This document shows positions 10,003 through 19,768 of a stretch of 35,267 nucleotides of DNA, piece after piece. The stretch spans positions 1-35,267 of the forward strand of contig JACPSX010000104.1 of NCBI GenBank assembly GCA_016193065.1. Reading direction: 5' to 3'. The position numbers and the translations under genes are program-made. The stretch is from Candidatus Tectimicrobiota bacterium. GTDB lineage: Bacteria > JACPSX01. The notes beneath the pieces were generated by a model that saw only the letters and a program-made list of their open reading frames with translations, was not told the origin of the DNA and ran no database searches. Every line of letters begins with the position of its first letter. Within the stretch, counting starts at the first letter, position 1.

Positions 10003-10586
10003 AAGGGAGAGGGCAGGTCAAGCGGGTCACCCGGGAAACTTCGGTTGAGGTGGATTTCAAGCTGGAGGGAGCTGGGACCTATCGCATTGAGACCACGGTC
10101 CCCTTCTTCGACCACATGCTTTCCCTGTTCGCCAAACATGGCTTCTTTGATCTTACGGTTCAGGCTCATGGGGATACCGAGGTGGATTTCCATCACTTGG
10201 TGGAAGATGTGGGGATCAGCATGGGAGAAGCGCTCGTGCAGGCCCTGGGGGGAAAAGAGGGGATTTGCCGGTTCGGCAGTGCCACGGTTCCCATGATTGA
10301 TGCCCTCGCCTCAGTACATCTAGACCTGAGCAGGCGAGCTCACCTGGTTTTCGATGCCGTGCTGGCCAAAGAAAAGGTGGGAGGGTTCGATCTGGAACTC
10401 GTGGAGGAGTTCCTGCGGGCCTTCTCCAGCCATGGAGGGATCGATCTCCACGTGAATCTCCATTACGGCAGCAATTCCCATCACGCCGTCGAGGCGGTCT
10501 TCAAGGCTCTGGCCCGGGCACTGGACAGCGCCACACAAAAGGACCGCAGGGTGAAGGGGGTGTTGTCGACCAAAGGGAAGCTCTAG
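9999..10586 (+). CDS. hisB: Imidazoleglycerol-phosphate dehydratase
   Basis: TTG9999 with GGAGG SD, overlapping the hisD stop. Motifs R.TRET, FFDHML, HHLVED, HHAVEA.FKA..RAL, STKG.L. Confidence 0.96.
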   Translation: MKGRGQVKRVTRETSVEVDFKLEGAGTYRIETTVPFFDHMLSLFAKHGFFDLTVQAHGDTEVDFHHLVEDVGISMGEALVQALGGKEGICRFGSATVPMIDALASVHLDLSRRAHLVFDAVLAKEKVGGFDLELVEEFLRAFSSHGGIDLHVNLHYGSNSHHAVEAVFKALARALDSATQKDRRVKGVLSTKGKL

Positions 10587-10602
10587 AGTGTGGTAGTGGA
10601 AG

Positions 10603-11223
10603 ATGATCACCATCGTTGACTACGGCATCGGCAACTTGAGAAGCGTTCAGAAGGCCTTCGAGCGGGTGGGGGTGCCCGCGCTCCTGAGTTCTAAGCCTCA
10701 GGAGATCGAGCAGGCTCAAAAAATTGTCCTGCCGGGGGTGGGGGCTTTCCGGGCCTGCATGGAGGGCCTGCGCCGCTATGAAATGGTGGACCCTCTCCTC
10801 TGTTTTCTGGGAACAGGACGCCCCTTCTTGGGAGTTTGTGTCGGCATGCAGCTTCTTTTCAGCCAGTGCGAGGAGTTCGGCCTCTGCGCAGGACTGGGAA
10901 TTTTTCCAGGCAAGGTCGTCCGGTTTCCTTCCTTCGAATCCTCAGCAGGAGATCGCCTGAAGGTTCCCCACATGGGTTGGAACGAGATCGAGATCCTCCG
11001 TCCTGCTCCTGTTCTAGCCGGGCTCTCCTCCGGTGCGCGGGTCTACTTTGTTCATTCCTACTACCCCGTACCGGAGGATCCCGAGGTGGTGGCGACCCGG
11101 ACCTGGTATGGGCTGCCATTTGCCTCCAGTGTCTGGCGGGGGCACATCTTCGGGACCCAGTTTCACCCGGAAAAGAGTCAAAGGGTGGGGTTGGAAATTT
11201 TGCGACGCTTTGGAGATCTGTAG
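10603..11223 (+). CDS. hisH: Imidazole glycerol phosphate synthase, glutaminase subunit
   Basis: DYGIGNLRSV, LPGVGAF, GVCVGMQ, VPHMGWN, YFVHSY, QFHPEKS. Confidence 0.97.
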   Translation: MITIVDYGIGNLRSVQKAFERVGVPALLSSKPQEIEQAQKIVLPGVGAFRACMEGLRRYEMVDPLLCFLGTGRPFLGVCVGMQLLFSQCEEFGLCAGLGIFPGKVVRFPSFESSAGDRLKVPHMGWNEIEILRPAPVLAGLSSGARVYFVHSYYPVPEDPEVVATRTWYGLPFASSVWRGHIFGTQFHPEKSQRVGLEILRRFGDL

Positions 11224-11951
11224 TGGAAATTATCCCGGCCATTGACTTAAGGGGGGGGAAGTGTGTGCGCTTGATCAAAGGGGAGGTGGAAGCCGAGACC
11301 GTTTATTCCGGCGATCCTCCGGCCATGGCTCGCCACTGGGAATCCCTCGGAGCTCGCCGGCTCCACGTCATCGACCTGGACGGCGCCTTTCGCGGCTCTC
11401 CGGAACACCTTCACGTCGTCCGGGAAATCACCCGCGCCGTAGGGATCCCCATTCAATTTGGAGGAGGACTGCGGAGCCTGGAGACAATCAGAGAGTGTTT
11501 CCAATCCGGCGTGGACCGCGTGATCCTGGGTACGGCCGTCCTGGACTCTCCTGACCTAGCGCGGGCCGCGGCGGAAGAGTACCCTGGACGCATCTTTATC
11601 GCTCTGGATGCGCGGCAGGGCAAAGTGGCCGTCCAGGGGTGGAAAGAAACCACTGCGGTGGAGGTAATTTCCATGGCCCGTGCGCTGGGGAATTGGGGGA
11701 TCGGGGGCTTGATCTACACGGACATTTCCCGGGACGGGACATTGTCGGGTCCCAACCTCGAGGATCTGCAGGCACTGGCCTGCCAGACCCAGCTTCCCGT
11801 CATTGCCTCGGGAGGAATCGGAAATCTGGATCATATCCGAGCTCTTCTCAGACTCGGTCTTCAGAGGGTACGGGGGATCATCGTGGGCAAGGCATTGTAC
11901 GACGGTGCGATTGATCTGAGAAAAGCCCTGGATTTGGCCGCGGGAGAATAG
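11223..11951 (+). CDS. hisA: ProFAR isomerase
   Basis: GTG11223 overlapping the hisH TAG. Motifs IIPAIDL.GGKCVRL.KG, LHVIDLDGA, GGGLR, TDISRDGTL.GPN, IASGG. Confidence 0.96.
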   Translation: MEIIPAIDLRGGKCVRLIKGEVEAETVYSGDPPAMARHWESLGARRLHVIDLDGAFRGSPEHLHVVREITRAVGIPIQFGGGLRSLETIRECFQSGVDRVILGTAVLDSPDLARAAAEEYPGRIFIALDARQGKVAVQGWKETTAVEVISMARALGNWGIGGLIYTDISRDGTLSGPNLEDLQALACQTQLPVIASGGIGNLDHIRALLRLGLQRVRGIIVGKALYDGAIDLRKALDLAAGE

Positions 11952-12725
11952 ATGCTCGCCAAGCGCATTATCCCTTGCCTCGATGTCAAAGGGGGACGGG
12001 TGGTGAAAGGGGTTCAGTTCGTGGGTCTTCGGGATGCCGGGGATCCTGTGGAAGTTGCCGAACGCTACGACGAAGAGGAAGCCGACGAGATTGTCTTCCT
12101 GGATATCACGGCTTCCTATGAGGAGCGGGCAATTCTGCTGGAGGTGGTCAGGCGCACAGCCGAAAAGGTCTTCATGCCGTTAACCGTCGGGGGGGGAGTC
12201 ACCTCGGTAGAGGATTTCCGGGTGCTACTCAAGGCAGGGGCGGACAAGGTTTCGATCAACACGGCTGCGGTTCGCAGGCCCGATCTAGTGCGGGAAGCCG
12301 CCGAGGAATTCGGCAGCCAGTGCGTCGTGCTGGCTATTGATGCCCGACGGCATCTCGATTCTCCTGAAAGCGCCCCGCATTGGCAGGTATATACCCATGG
12401 GGGCAGGATTGAGACTGGCCTCGATGCCGTAGACTGGGCTCGCCAGGTCGAGGACCTCGGGGCCGGGGAAATCCTGCTGACGAGTATGGACAAGGACGGG
12501 ACCCGGGCTGGATATGACATCTTGCTGACCCGCTCCGTGGCCGAAGCGGTAGGGATTCCGGTCATCGCGTCCGGTGGGGCTGGGAACCTGGATGATTTCC
12601 TGGCGGCCTTGCGGGACGGAAAAGCCGATGCAGTTCTGGCGGCCTCTCTGTTCCATTACCGCCAGGTGACCATCCGCCAGGCCAAGGCATATTTAAGAGA
12701 TCACGGGGTTGAAGTTCGCCTCTAA
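11952..12725 (+). CDS. hisF: Imidazole glycerol phosphate synthase, cyclase subunit
   Basis: [48 protein letters not shown]. Confidence 0.98.
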   Translation: MLAKRIIPCLDVKGGRVVKGVQFVGLRDAGDPVEVAERYDEEEADEIVFLDITASYEERAILLEVVRRTAEKVFMPLTVGGGVTSVEDFRVLLKAGADKVSINTAAVRRPDLVREAAEEFGSQCVVLAIDARRHLDSPESAPHWQVYTHGGRIETGLDAVDWARQVEDLGAGEILLTSMDKDGTRAGYDILLTRSVAEAVGIPVIASGGAGNLDDFLAALRDGKADAVLAASLFHYRQVTIRQAKAYLRDHGVEVRL

Positions 12726-12745
12726 GGATGGGAAGGGGTGATTTG

Positions 12746-13429
12746 ATGGATGAAAAGATCCGTTTAAACTATGGTGACGGGGGGCTCATTCCGGCCATTG
12801 TCCAGGATCGCGCCAGCGGCCAAGTACTGATGCTGGCCTATATGAACGAAGAGGCTTTTCAGAAGACCCTGCAAACCGGCGAAAGCCATTTCTGGAGTCG
12901 GTCTCGCGGCTCTTTGTGGAAAAAGGGGGAAACTTCAGGACACCGGCAGGAAGTGGAAGCTCTCTATGTGGATTGTGACGAGGATACGGTCCTTCTCCAG
13001 GTGAAACCGCTGGGTCCGGCCTGCCACACCGGTAAGAAAAGCTGTTTTTTTCGGATAGTGGGGGAGCAGACGGCAGTTTCGGAGAGGAATCTCGAGGAAC
13101 TCCCTGCCGTCCCCGCCTGCCGGATACTCGACGCGATTTTTGAAGTCATCGAAGACCGCCGGCGCAATCCAAGGCCGAATTCATACGTTTCCGGCCTGCT
13201 TGGGAGGGGTCTGAATCAGGTGTTGAAGAAGGTGGCTGAGGAGGCTGCCGAAGTGCTTATGGCAGCAAAGGACCGGACCCCGGAGGCTTTTATTTATGAG
13301 GTGGCCGACCTATGGTTCCATAGCCTGATCGCCCTGTCGGCTCTGGGGGTTACCCCGGAGGAAGTCTACGAAGAGCTAGGCCGGAGGTTTGGCCAGAGTG
13401 GAATCCGGAGGGAATCCACTGCCGATTAG
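12746..13429 (+). CDS. hisIE: Bifunctional phosphoribosyl-AMP cyclohydrolase / phosphoribosyl-ATP pyrophosphatase
   Basis: [34 protein letters not shown], then KKV.EEA.E and EVADL.FH. The start could also be ATG12728. Confidence 0.96.
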   Translation: MDEKIRLNYGDGGLIPAIVQDRASGQVLMLAYMNEEAFQKTLQTGESHFWSRSRGSLWKKGETSGHRQEVEALYVDCDEDTVLLQVKPLGPACHTGKKSCFFRIVGEQTAVSERNLEELPAVPACRILDAIFEVIEDRRRNPRPNSYVSGLLGRGLNQVLKKVAEEAAEVLMAAKDRTPEAFIYEVADLWFHSLIALSALGVTPEEVYEELGRRFGQSGIRRESTAD

Positions 13430-13519
13430 GGAGAATGGCTCCTCCGGGGCGGCCCCAGCTCGGGTTTCGTTGTGGGAAATTTCTTGGGTCCAAAGAATCA
13501 ACGGCTTTCAATAAGTCCA

Positions 13520-13548
13520 TTGACAAAGTACCTATAATTCCCTATATT
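13520..13548 (+). promoter_or_regulatory. Sigma70-type promoter for the rpsU-yqeY-dnaG-rpoD operon
   Basis: TTGACA (13520-13525), 17-nt spacer, TATATT (13543-13548), in an AT-rich island. Confidence 0.75.
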
Positions 13549-13651
13549 GTTTGTTTGTATTAGGCTCAGGTCCTTGTTCCTTGAAGCGGAGCGCACAACA
13601 TACGGGAACCGAACTGGAAAGTCTTCCAACTGAGGAAGGGGGGAGAGATGA

Positions 13652-13849
13652 ATGCCAGGAATCCGGGTCAAGGAAAACGAACCCTTTGAGAGTGCCCTGA
13701 AGCGCTTTAAGAAACAGTGCGAGAAGGCAGGAGTTCTGTCAGAGGTTCGGAAGAGAGAGCACTACGAAAAGCCTAGTGTACGGCGTAAGAGGAAGTTGGT
13801 GGCTGCCCGCAAGAAAGCAGCTAGAGCAGCTGCCCGTGGTTCAGCATAG
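13652..13849 (+). CDS. rpsU: 30S ribosomal protein S21
   Basis: [39 protein letters not shown]. Confidence 0.97.
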   Translation: MPGIRVKENEPFESALKRFKKQCEKAGVLSEVRKREHYEKPSVRRKRKLVAARKKAARAAARGSA

Positions 13850-13857
13850 CCGGGGGG

Positions 13858-14316
13858 ATGATGGGTCTCGGTGACCGGCTGCGGGAAGAGCTCAAACAGG
13901 CTCTTAAAACGGGAAACAAGAGAGCTTCCTCGACAATCCGGATGGTATTGGCTGCAGCCCAGAACCGGGCCATTGAAAAACGTGGCCCCCTTAGCGATGC
14001 CGAGTTTGTCGATACGTTAATTTCCTCCATCAAGCAGCGCCGGGAGTCCATAGAGTTTTATCAGCAGGGGAACCGCCCGGACTTGGCGGCTAAAGAATCC
14101 GAAGAGATTCAGATCCTGCAAAACTTTTTGCCCCCTCCCCTTACAGAAGACGAGGCCAGGGAAAAAATCCGCCAGGCGATTGTTCAGGTAGGTGCCACCT
14201 CCCCCAGGGATGTGGGAAAGGTCATGAAAGTCCTTATGCCCGAACTGCGGGGACGGTTGGAGGGAGGGACCCTCAACCGCTGGGTGGCTGAAATGTTAAG
14301 TTCTTCAGGGGGGTGA
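13858..14316 (+). CDS. GatB/YqeY domain protein
   Basis: L..ELK.ALK, IKQRRESIE.Y..G.R.DLA.KE..E..IL..FLP, D.GKVM..LM..L.GR; usual position after rpsU. Confidence 0.93.
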   Translation: MMGLGDRLREELKQALKTGNKRASSTIRMVLAAAQNRAIEKRGPLSDAEFVDTLISSIKQRRESIEFYQQGNRPDLAAKESEEIQILQNFLPPPLTEDEAREKIRQAIVQVGATSPRDVGKVMKVLMPELRGRLEGGTLNRWVAEMLSSSGG

Positions 14317-14696
14317 GGAACTGGCTGGATCGTGTGCCGAGCGGGCTTCTCTCTGTCTCGCCCCTGCGGGAGCGACTGGTTCATTTTTTCTTCCGAACCA
14401 TTTCAGGTCTCGATTCGTTGAAAACCTCCATTATTATGCGAACGCAATGGATGGACGAATGCTGATCCAAAACCCCGGGGGGGCAGGGTTTTTGACCGTT
14501 TTCCGGATCGGGAAACTGGCAGGACCTTCAAGGAGGGAAAGGGCGGTTTCGCCGGGTTCCCTCGGGTCCGCCCACCGGTACTCCGTAAGCCTTGGCGGAT
14601 GAGCGAAGAACCGGGTGGTACGGAGGTGACAGTCGTCTAGGGGATTCTTGGGAAGCAGGGGTTGCTAAAATCCCTCTGGACTCACGGGGAAGGGAA

Positions 14697-16523
14697 TTGA
14701 CTGGTCATATCCCCGCTCAACTCATCGACGAGATTCGTGAACGGGTGGACATTGCCGATCTAATCTCGGAGTACGTTCCCCTGTCTCGCAGCGGGAAGAA
14801 TCTGAAGGGGCTTTGCCCCTTTCATTCGGAAAAAACGCCCTCTTTTATGGTGAATCCCGAACTCCAGATTTTCCATTGTTTCGGCTGCGGTCTTGGGGGG
14901 AACGCTTTTCATTTTCTCATGAAACACGAAAACTGCTCGTTTCCCGAGGCAGTCCGGATCTTGTCCCAGAGGGTCGGGGTCGCCATCCCTCAGAAAACGG
15001 CCGCCGCTGACCCGGGCCAGCGCTTGCGGGACCGGTTGCTCACGTTAAACGAAGAAGTTTGCCAGTTTTTCCAGAAAGGTCTTCTGTCCCCTCAGGGGGA
15101 AAGCGCCCGGCACTATCTGGACGAACGGCAAATCGGCAGCGAGGCGGTGAGCCGATTTTGCCTTGGCTATGCGCTTCCGGGGTGGGATACGCTGCTCAGG
15201 GCGTTTGCACAGAAAGGATATGACCCCCGTTTTCTTGAGCAGGCCGGCCTGGTCAAATTACGGGAGCAGGGCACTGGCTATTATGATCGCTTCCGCGACC
15301 GCGTCATGTTCCCGCTTCACAACCTGGAAGGGCGGGTCATTGGGTTTGGTGGCCGGATTCTGGATGGAGAGAAGGAGGCCAAATACCTGAACTCCCCCGA
15401 AACGCCCGTTTACAGCAAGGGGGAGAACCTCTACGGTCTTTATCAGGCCAAGCCTTGGTTCCGCCGGGAATCAAGAGCCGTGCTGGTGGAAGGCTACTTT
15501 GATCTCATCACGATGGTGCAGGGGGGGATTGAAGGGGTGGTGGCCGGCTTGGGGACCGCCTTGACGCGAAGTCAGTGCCGGCTCCTGGCTCGTTTCGTGC
15601 GCACGGTTGTCATCCTCTTCGACGGAGATCTGGCTGGGGAAGCGGCTGCCCAGCGGGGGTACGAGTTGTTGCTGGAAGCTGGGTTGGGGGTGAAGGTCGC
15701 AGAACTACCGGCGGGTAAGGATCCGGACAGCTTCGTGCGGGAAGAGGGGACGGAGGCTTTACAGAGTCTGTTGGGCCGGGCCAAGCCGTTTTTGGAATAC
15801 CTCATAGACCGCGAGAGCCAGGGCTCCTTGAGACTTTCCGCAGCGGAACGATGGCATTGCCTGGAACGGCTTCTTCCCTATCTGACTCGAGTCGCAAACG
15901 GCGCCGAGCGTGATGAGTACGTGCGCAGCGTCGCAGGTGCCTTGCGCTTCCGTCCGGAAGTTGTAATGGCGCATCTGGAAAAGTCTGAAAAGAAGGAAGG
16001 GGCCGGGCGGGGCAGTCGCCGTGAAACCGAACGGGGCAAGGACCCGGCTCAAGGTCGAGGGGATAAGAGAGATCGGTCTCACCTGCCGCAAAAGGAAGAA
16101 CTGGCGGAGAGGTGGCTTGTACAGGTGATGCTTTCCGACCGCGAGATCATCGAAAAGTTGCAGGGGCGTCTGGGGGTGGATGACTTCGGGGACCGGGATC
16201 TGGGAGCCATCGCGGAGGCTCTGTTTCAAGCGGGAGCAAGCGGCGCGAGAAAAGAAATCGCCGGGCTCCTGGAGAGCTTACACACGGAAGAACAGCGGTA
16301 CCTGGCCAGTCAACTCTCATTGGAGCGGTTTGAGTGCGATGATGCAGAAGCCTTGGTCACAGACTGCATACGCACTCTCAGAGAAAGAAGGCTGGAAGAA
16401 GAACTTTACCGGATCCAGCGCAGAATTCAGGAAGCCCAGCAGGAGGACCGGCAGGAGGATTTGAAGGCGTTGTCAGAGAGAAAATCTCAGGTTTTGAAAG
16501 AGCAGAAGAATCTGGTGCCGTAA
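14697..16523 (+). CDS. dnaG: DNA primase
   Basis: Probable TTG14697 start ([14 protein letters not shown]). CHC2 zinc finger [30 protein letters not shown], Toprim VEGYFD / FDGD.AG, KDPD. Confidence 0.96.
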   Translation: MTGHIPAQLIDEIRERVDIADLISEYVPLSRSGKNLKGLCPFHSEKTPSFMVNPELQIFHCFGCGLGGNAFHFLMKHENCSFPEAVRILSQRVGVAIPQKTAAADPGQRLRDRLLTLNEEVCQFFQKGLLSPQGESARHYLDERQIGSEAVSRFCLGYALPGWDTLLRAFAQKGYDPRFLEQAGLVKLREQGTGYYDRFRDRVMFPLHNLEGRVIGFGGRILDGEKEAKYLNSPETPVYSKGENLYGLYQAKPWFRRESRAVLVEGYFDLITMVQGGIEGVVAGLGTALTRSQCRLLARFVRTVVILFDGDLAGEAAAQRGYELLLEAGLGVKVAELPAGKDPDSFVREEGTEALQSLLGRAKPFLEYLIDRESQGSLRLSAAERWHCLERLLPYLTRVANGAERDEYVRSVAGALRFRPEVVMAHLEKSEKKEGAGRGSRRETERGKDPAQGRGDKRDRSHLPQKEELAERWLVQVMLSDREIIEKLQGRLGVDDFGDRDLGAIAEALFQAGASGARKEIAGLLESLHTEEQRYLASQLSLERFECDDAEALVTDCIRTLRERRLEEELYRIQRRIQEAQQEDRQEDLKALSERKSQVLKEQKNLVP

Positions 16524-16588
16524 GCGGGATCCAACAAGCCGGGGGACCAGTCTCTGAAAAGCCACTGCTTGTGGAGGTAAAAAAAGAG

Positions 16589-18337
16589 ATGGGAAGCAAT
16601 GGAAGATCGACGAAGGTGAAGGTCCTTTCTGCAAGAGTCCAGGAAAAGGAGTACGAACCCTCAGACGGGCGAGAAGGGCCTTCCCTCTCTGAAGTCGTTT
16701 CTCCTGACCAACTCAGTGATATCGTGACCCTCTTCGGGGAGGGATCCATGTCCTTCGCGGATGCCGACACGAGGGGAAGAGAGATTTCTCTGGCCCGCGG
16801 AGAGGAGAAGGGAGAACGGCTGGTCGAGGAGGAGAGGGACCTTACCTATGAAGTTTCCGGCCGGGTCGATGATCCCGTGCGGATGTACTTGAAAGAAATG
16901 GGAACCATCCCCCTGCTGACCCGTGAGGGAGAAATCGAAATCGCCAAGCGGATTGAGGAAGGGCAAATTGAGGCGATCAAAGCCATCACGGAAAGCCGGG
17001 TGACGAGTAAGGAGATGGTGGCGCTGAGGGAGAAGCTGAAAAAAAGCCTCATCAGCGTGACGGATGTGGCCATCATCGAGGATGACCAGGATAATCCCCA
17101 GAAACTTCGCCGGGAGGTCCAGCGGGTTTTGAGCCTCCTGGATAAGATCGCCGCTTTGGACAAAGCCTGGGAAAGGATCGAGAAAGCCAAATCGAAGGCG
17201 GCCTCCGGTGGGGAGAAGGAAAAGCGATTGCTGGCCGAGGAGGCCGCAATCAAGGAGAAGATCGCCAAGGCGATTAAGGACCTGCGCCTGCAGTCTGCCC
17301 AAATGGACCGGGCGGTGCAGAAGATCGAAAGCTTTGTGCACCGCCTCCAGCAAGCCGAGGATGAGGTCCGGCGCTGTCAGGTTATCCTGGGGAAGGTTCC
17401 AGCGGAGGAAACCGGGGCAGGGAAGGACAACGGCAAGGCCAGCAGAACCGTGGGGAAAAAGAAGTCTCTGCCCCCCAAAGTGCTCCAAGAGTATGAGCGG
17501 CGGATCCGGAATGAGCGCCGGAAAGTCCGCCGGATCGAGGTCGAGGCGTATGCCACCCGGGATGATCTGGTGCGGTCCCTGAACGCCATTTACCAGGGGC
17601 GGAACAAGGATCGGAAGGCCAAGCGGGAGTTGGCCGAGGCCAATCTGAGGCTCGTGGTCAGCATCGCCAAAAAGTACACGAACCGGGGTCTGCAATTCCT
17701 CGATCTTATCCAGGAAGGCAACATCGGCCTGATGAAGGCCGTGGAAAAGTTCGAATATCGCCGGGGGTACAAGTTCAGCACCTATGCGACTTGGTGGATT
17801 CGCCAGGCGATCACCAGAGCCATTGCCGATCAGGCCCGGACGATCCGGATTCCCGTGCACATGATCGAGACCATCAACAAACTGGTCCGGACTTCCCGGG
17901 TCCTGGTCCAGGAAATGGGCAGGGAACCTACCCCGGAGGAGATCGCGGAGCGCATGGAGCTTCCGGCGGAAAAGGTTCGCAAGGTTCTGAAAATCGCCAA
18001 GGAACCCATCTCTCTGGAAACGCCGATCGGGGAGGAGGAGGATAGCCACCTGGGCGATTTCATCGAGGACAAGAAGATCGTCTCCCCGGGAGAAGCCGTG
18101 GTCAAGCTGAACTTGAAGGAGCAAACCAGGAAGGTCCTGAGCAGCCTAACCCATCGGGAAGAGCGGGTGCTCCGCAAGCGGTTTGGGATCGGCGTCGGAA
18201 CCGAACATACCCTTGAAGAAGTCGGGCAAGACTTTGAGGTGACCCGGGAGCGCATCCGGCAGATTGAAGCCAAGGCCCTGCGCAAGCTGCGTCATCCCAG
18301 CCGCAGCAAGCTCCTGAAAAGCTTCGTAGAATGCTAA
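16589..18337 (+). CDS. rpoD: RNA polymerase primary sigma factor (sigma70)
   Basis: [11 protein letters not shown] (region 1.2), [70 protein letters not shown] 10 nt before ATG16589; alternative start GTG16571. Confidence 0.98.
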   Translation: MGSNGRSTKVKVLSARVQEKEYEPSDGREGPSLSEVVSPDQLSDIVTLFGEGSMSFADADTRGREISLARGEEKGERLVEEERDLTYEVSGRVDDPVRMYLKEMGTIPLLTREGEIEIAKRIEEGQIEAIKAITESRVTSKEMVALREKLKKSLISVTDVAIIEDDQDNPQKLRREVQRVLSLLDKIAALDKAWERIEKAKSKAASGGEKEKRLLAEEAAIKEKIAKAIKDLRLQSAQMDRAVQKIESFVHRLQQAEDEVRRCQVILGKVPAEETGAGKDNGKASRTVGKKKSLPPKVLQEYERRIRNERRKVRRIEVEAYATRDDLVRSLNAIYQGRNKDRKAKRELAEANLRLVVSIAKKYTNRGLQFLDLIQEGNIGLMKAVEKFEYRRGYKFSTYATWWIRQAITRAIADQARTIRIPVHMIETINKLVRTSRVLVQEMGREPTPEEIAERMELPAEKVRKVLKIAKEPISLETPIGEEEDSHLGDFIEDKKIVSPGEAVVKLNLKEQTRKVLSSLTHREERVLRKRFGIGVGTEHTLEEVGQDFEVTRERIRQIEAKALRKLRHPSRSKLLKSFVEC

Positions 18338-18384
18338 ACGCTTTCCCGTGTCTCCGGAAGAGGTATCATAAGTATTGCCGGATG

Positions 18385-18460
18385 GGGCCCATAGCTCAGC
18401 GGGTAGAGCCACCGGCTCATAACCGGTAGGTCCCTGGTTCGAAGCCAGGTGGGCCCACCA
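18385..18460 (+). tRNA. tRNA with CAT anticodon, most likely tRNA-Ile2 (lysidine-modified, reads AUA)
   Basis: Acceptor stem GGGCCCA/TGGGCCC, discriminator A, encoded CCA. D arm GCTC/GAGC, anticodon arm ACCGG-CTCATAA-CCGGT, T arm CCTGG-TTCGAAG-CCAGG. It lacks initiator features (no C1:A72 mismatch, no three consecutive G-C pairs in the anticodon stem). Position after rpoD matches E. coli ileX. Confidence 0.92.
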
Positions 18461-18496
18461 GACTCACTGCCAGGTTTTCCCAAGACGGAGGGCGTT

Positions 18497-19255
18497 GTGG
18501 AGAACAATCAGCTGGACCTTCTCATCGAACTCCAGGATCTGGACCTGCAGATCCGGAACTTGGAGGCGAAAAAGGCCCAGGTGCCGCGGGAAATCGAGGC
18601 GGCAGGACTCGGTCTTCAGGAGTGTCTCAGGGGCCTTGAATCTTTAAAACAGCAAAGCGAGCAGATCGAAAAGGAACGGCGGCGCAGAGAGCTGGATGTC
18701 GAGGAGGTACGCGCAACCCTGGGCAAGATTCAGCAGAAATCGTCCGAGGTGAAGACCAACAAAGAATACGCCGCCATGATGGCCGAGGTGGAGTTTCTCA
18801 AGGGAAAAATCTTCAATTTTGAGGAAGAGGTCCTGGCTCTCATGGAGAAGGCCGAAGAGAAGCGGGCCCAAATGCTCCTCAAAGAGGAAGAAGCGGCCAG
18901 CCGGAAGAGGGAGTTCGCGAGCAAGAAGGCCCGGCTTCTCCAGGAAGCAGAGGAGCTTGGGAAAGAACTGGCGGACCGGCGCAGAGACCGGGACAGCCTC
19001 GTCCTGCGTGTGGATGAGAAACTCTACCAGAGCTACGAGCGCGTGGTCTCCATGCGGGGGGGGCTGGGAGTGGCCGCCGTCAAGGACGGGATCTGCCAAG
19101 GCTGTCACCTCCGGGTCCGTCCTCAGTTGGTGGTGGAGATCAAGAGCCGCATGGCCATCATCAACTGCTCCCACTGCAACCGTTTTCTCTACTGGGCTGA
19201 GGAACCGGTGACGAGGCGGCAGGAGGCAATGCCCGGCGGGGGGAAAGGGGTTTGA
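18497..19255 (+). CDS. Coiled-coil protein with C4-type zinc ribbon (DUF164 / CT398-like)
   Basis: L..LQ.LD N-terminus, long coiled coil with KTNKEY.A...E, C-terminal CQGC...CSHCNRFLY. GTG18497 follows a GGAGG SD. Confidence 0.9.
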   Translation: MENNQLDLLIELQDLDLQIRNLEAKKAQVPREIEAAGLGLQECLRGLESLKQQSEQIEKERRRRELDVEEVRATLGKIQQKSSEVKTNKEYAAMMAEVEFLKGKIFNFEEEVLALMEKAEEKRAQMLLKEEEAASRKREFASKKARLLQEAEELGKELADRRRDRDSLVLRVDEKLYQSYERVVSMRGGLGVAAVKDGICQGCHLRVRPQLVVEIKSRMAIINCSHCNRFLYWAEEPVTRRQEAMPGGGKGV

Positions 19256-19258
19256 GAG

Positions 19259-19768
19259 TTGGAAAAAGTAAAGATCTACACGGATGGAGCGGCGCGGGGA
19301 AATCCCGGGGAAGCTGGAGCGGGCGTGGTGATGCTCGACGGGAAAGATGAGGTAATCGGGGAACTGAGCCGCTACCTGGGGGTGACGAAGAACAACGTGG
19401 CCGAGTACCAGGGAGCCATCTTGGGGTTCACCGCGGCCCTGGAGCTCAAGGCCCGCAGCGTGGAGCTTTACTCTGATTCCGAACTCCTGGTCCGGCAGCT
19501 CCTGGGACAATATAAGGTGAAGAGTCCCGGTCTTGTCCCCCTGCACCGCCGGGTGGTAGAGTTAATGGGAAAATTTGCCGGGGTAAGAATCACCCATATT
19601 CCCCGGGAGCAGAACCGGCGGGCTGATCAACTCGCCAATCTTGGCATCGATGAACGGGCCCAAAGCAGGACAGGTGGCCGCTCTTCCTCGCCGACCCGAG
19701 TCGGAGAGGAGGGGAGGAAAGTCCGAGCTCCACAGAGCAGGGTGCTCCGTAACACGGAGTCCCGGTGA
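19259..19768 (+). CDS. rnhA: Ribonuclease HI; its C-terminal tail is encoded within rnpB
   Basis: YTDGAARGNPG.AG.G, NNVAEY, SDSELLV.Q..G.YKVK, HIPREQN..AD.LAN; the four acidic catalytic residues are present. Confidence 0.93.
   Translation: MEKVKIYTDGAARGNPGEAGAGVVMLDGKDEVIGELSRYLGVTKNNVAEYQGAILGFTAALELKARSVELYSDSELLVRQLLGQYKVKSPGLVPLHRRVVELMGKFAGVRITHIPREQNRRADQLANLGIDERAQSRTGGRSSSPTRVGEEGRKVRAPQSRVLRNTESR

Noticed and set aside
9717..11951. Long N-terminal extensions on HisB (9717) and HisA (10836), and similarly MurC (31054), suggesting fusions
   Set aside because: They overlap the upstream genes in another frame. Proper TTG/GTG starts overlap the upstream stop codons.
14358..14390. Possible intrinsic terminator after yqeY (TCGCCCC-TGC-GGGAGCGA ... 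TTTTTT)
   Set aside because: The stem is bulged and the T-run starts about 8 nt after it, so it is too weak to call; left as part of the structured-region finding.
16661..18124. 487-aa minus-strand ORF opposite rpoD (similar long antisense ORFs lie opposite prfA, ftsI, murE, murF, murD, murC and ftsA)
   Set aside because: Shadow ORFs expected from GC-rich codon bias; no recognisable motifs, and they are fully nested against conserved genes.
18385..18460. Calling the CAT tRNA initiator or elongator Met
   Set aside because: It lacks initiator hallmarks, and the acceptor stem and position after rpoD fit Ile2 better. Elongator Met is not fully excluded without an isotype model.
18460..18500. 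tRNA 3' end as an integration site for a mobile element
   Set aside because: No integrase, no duplicated tRNA 3' end, and conserved core genes follow immediately.
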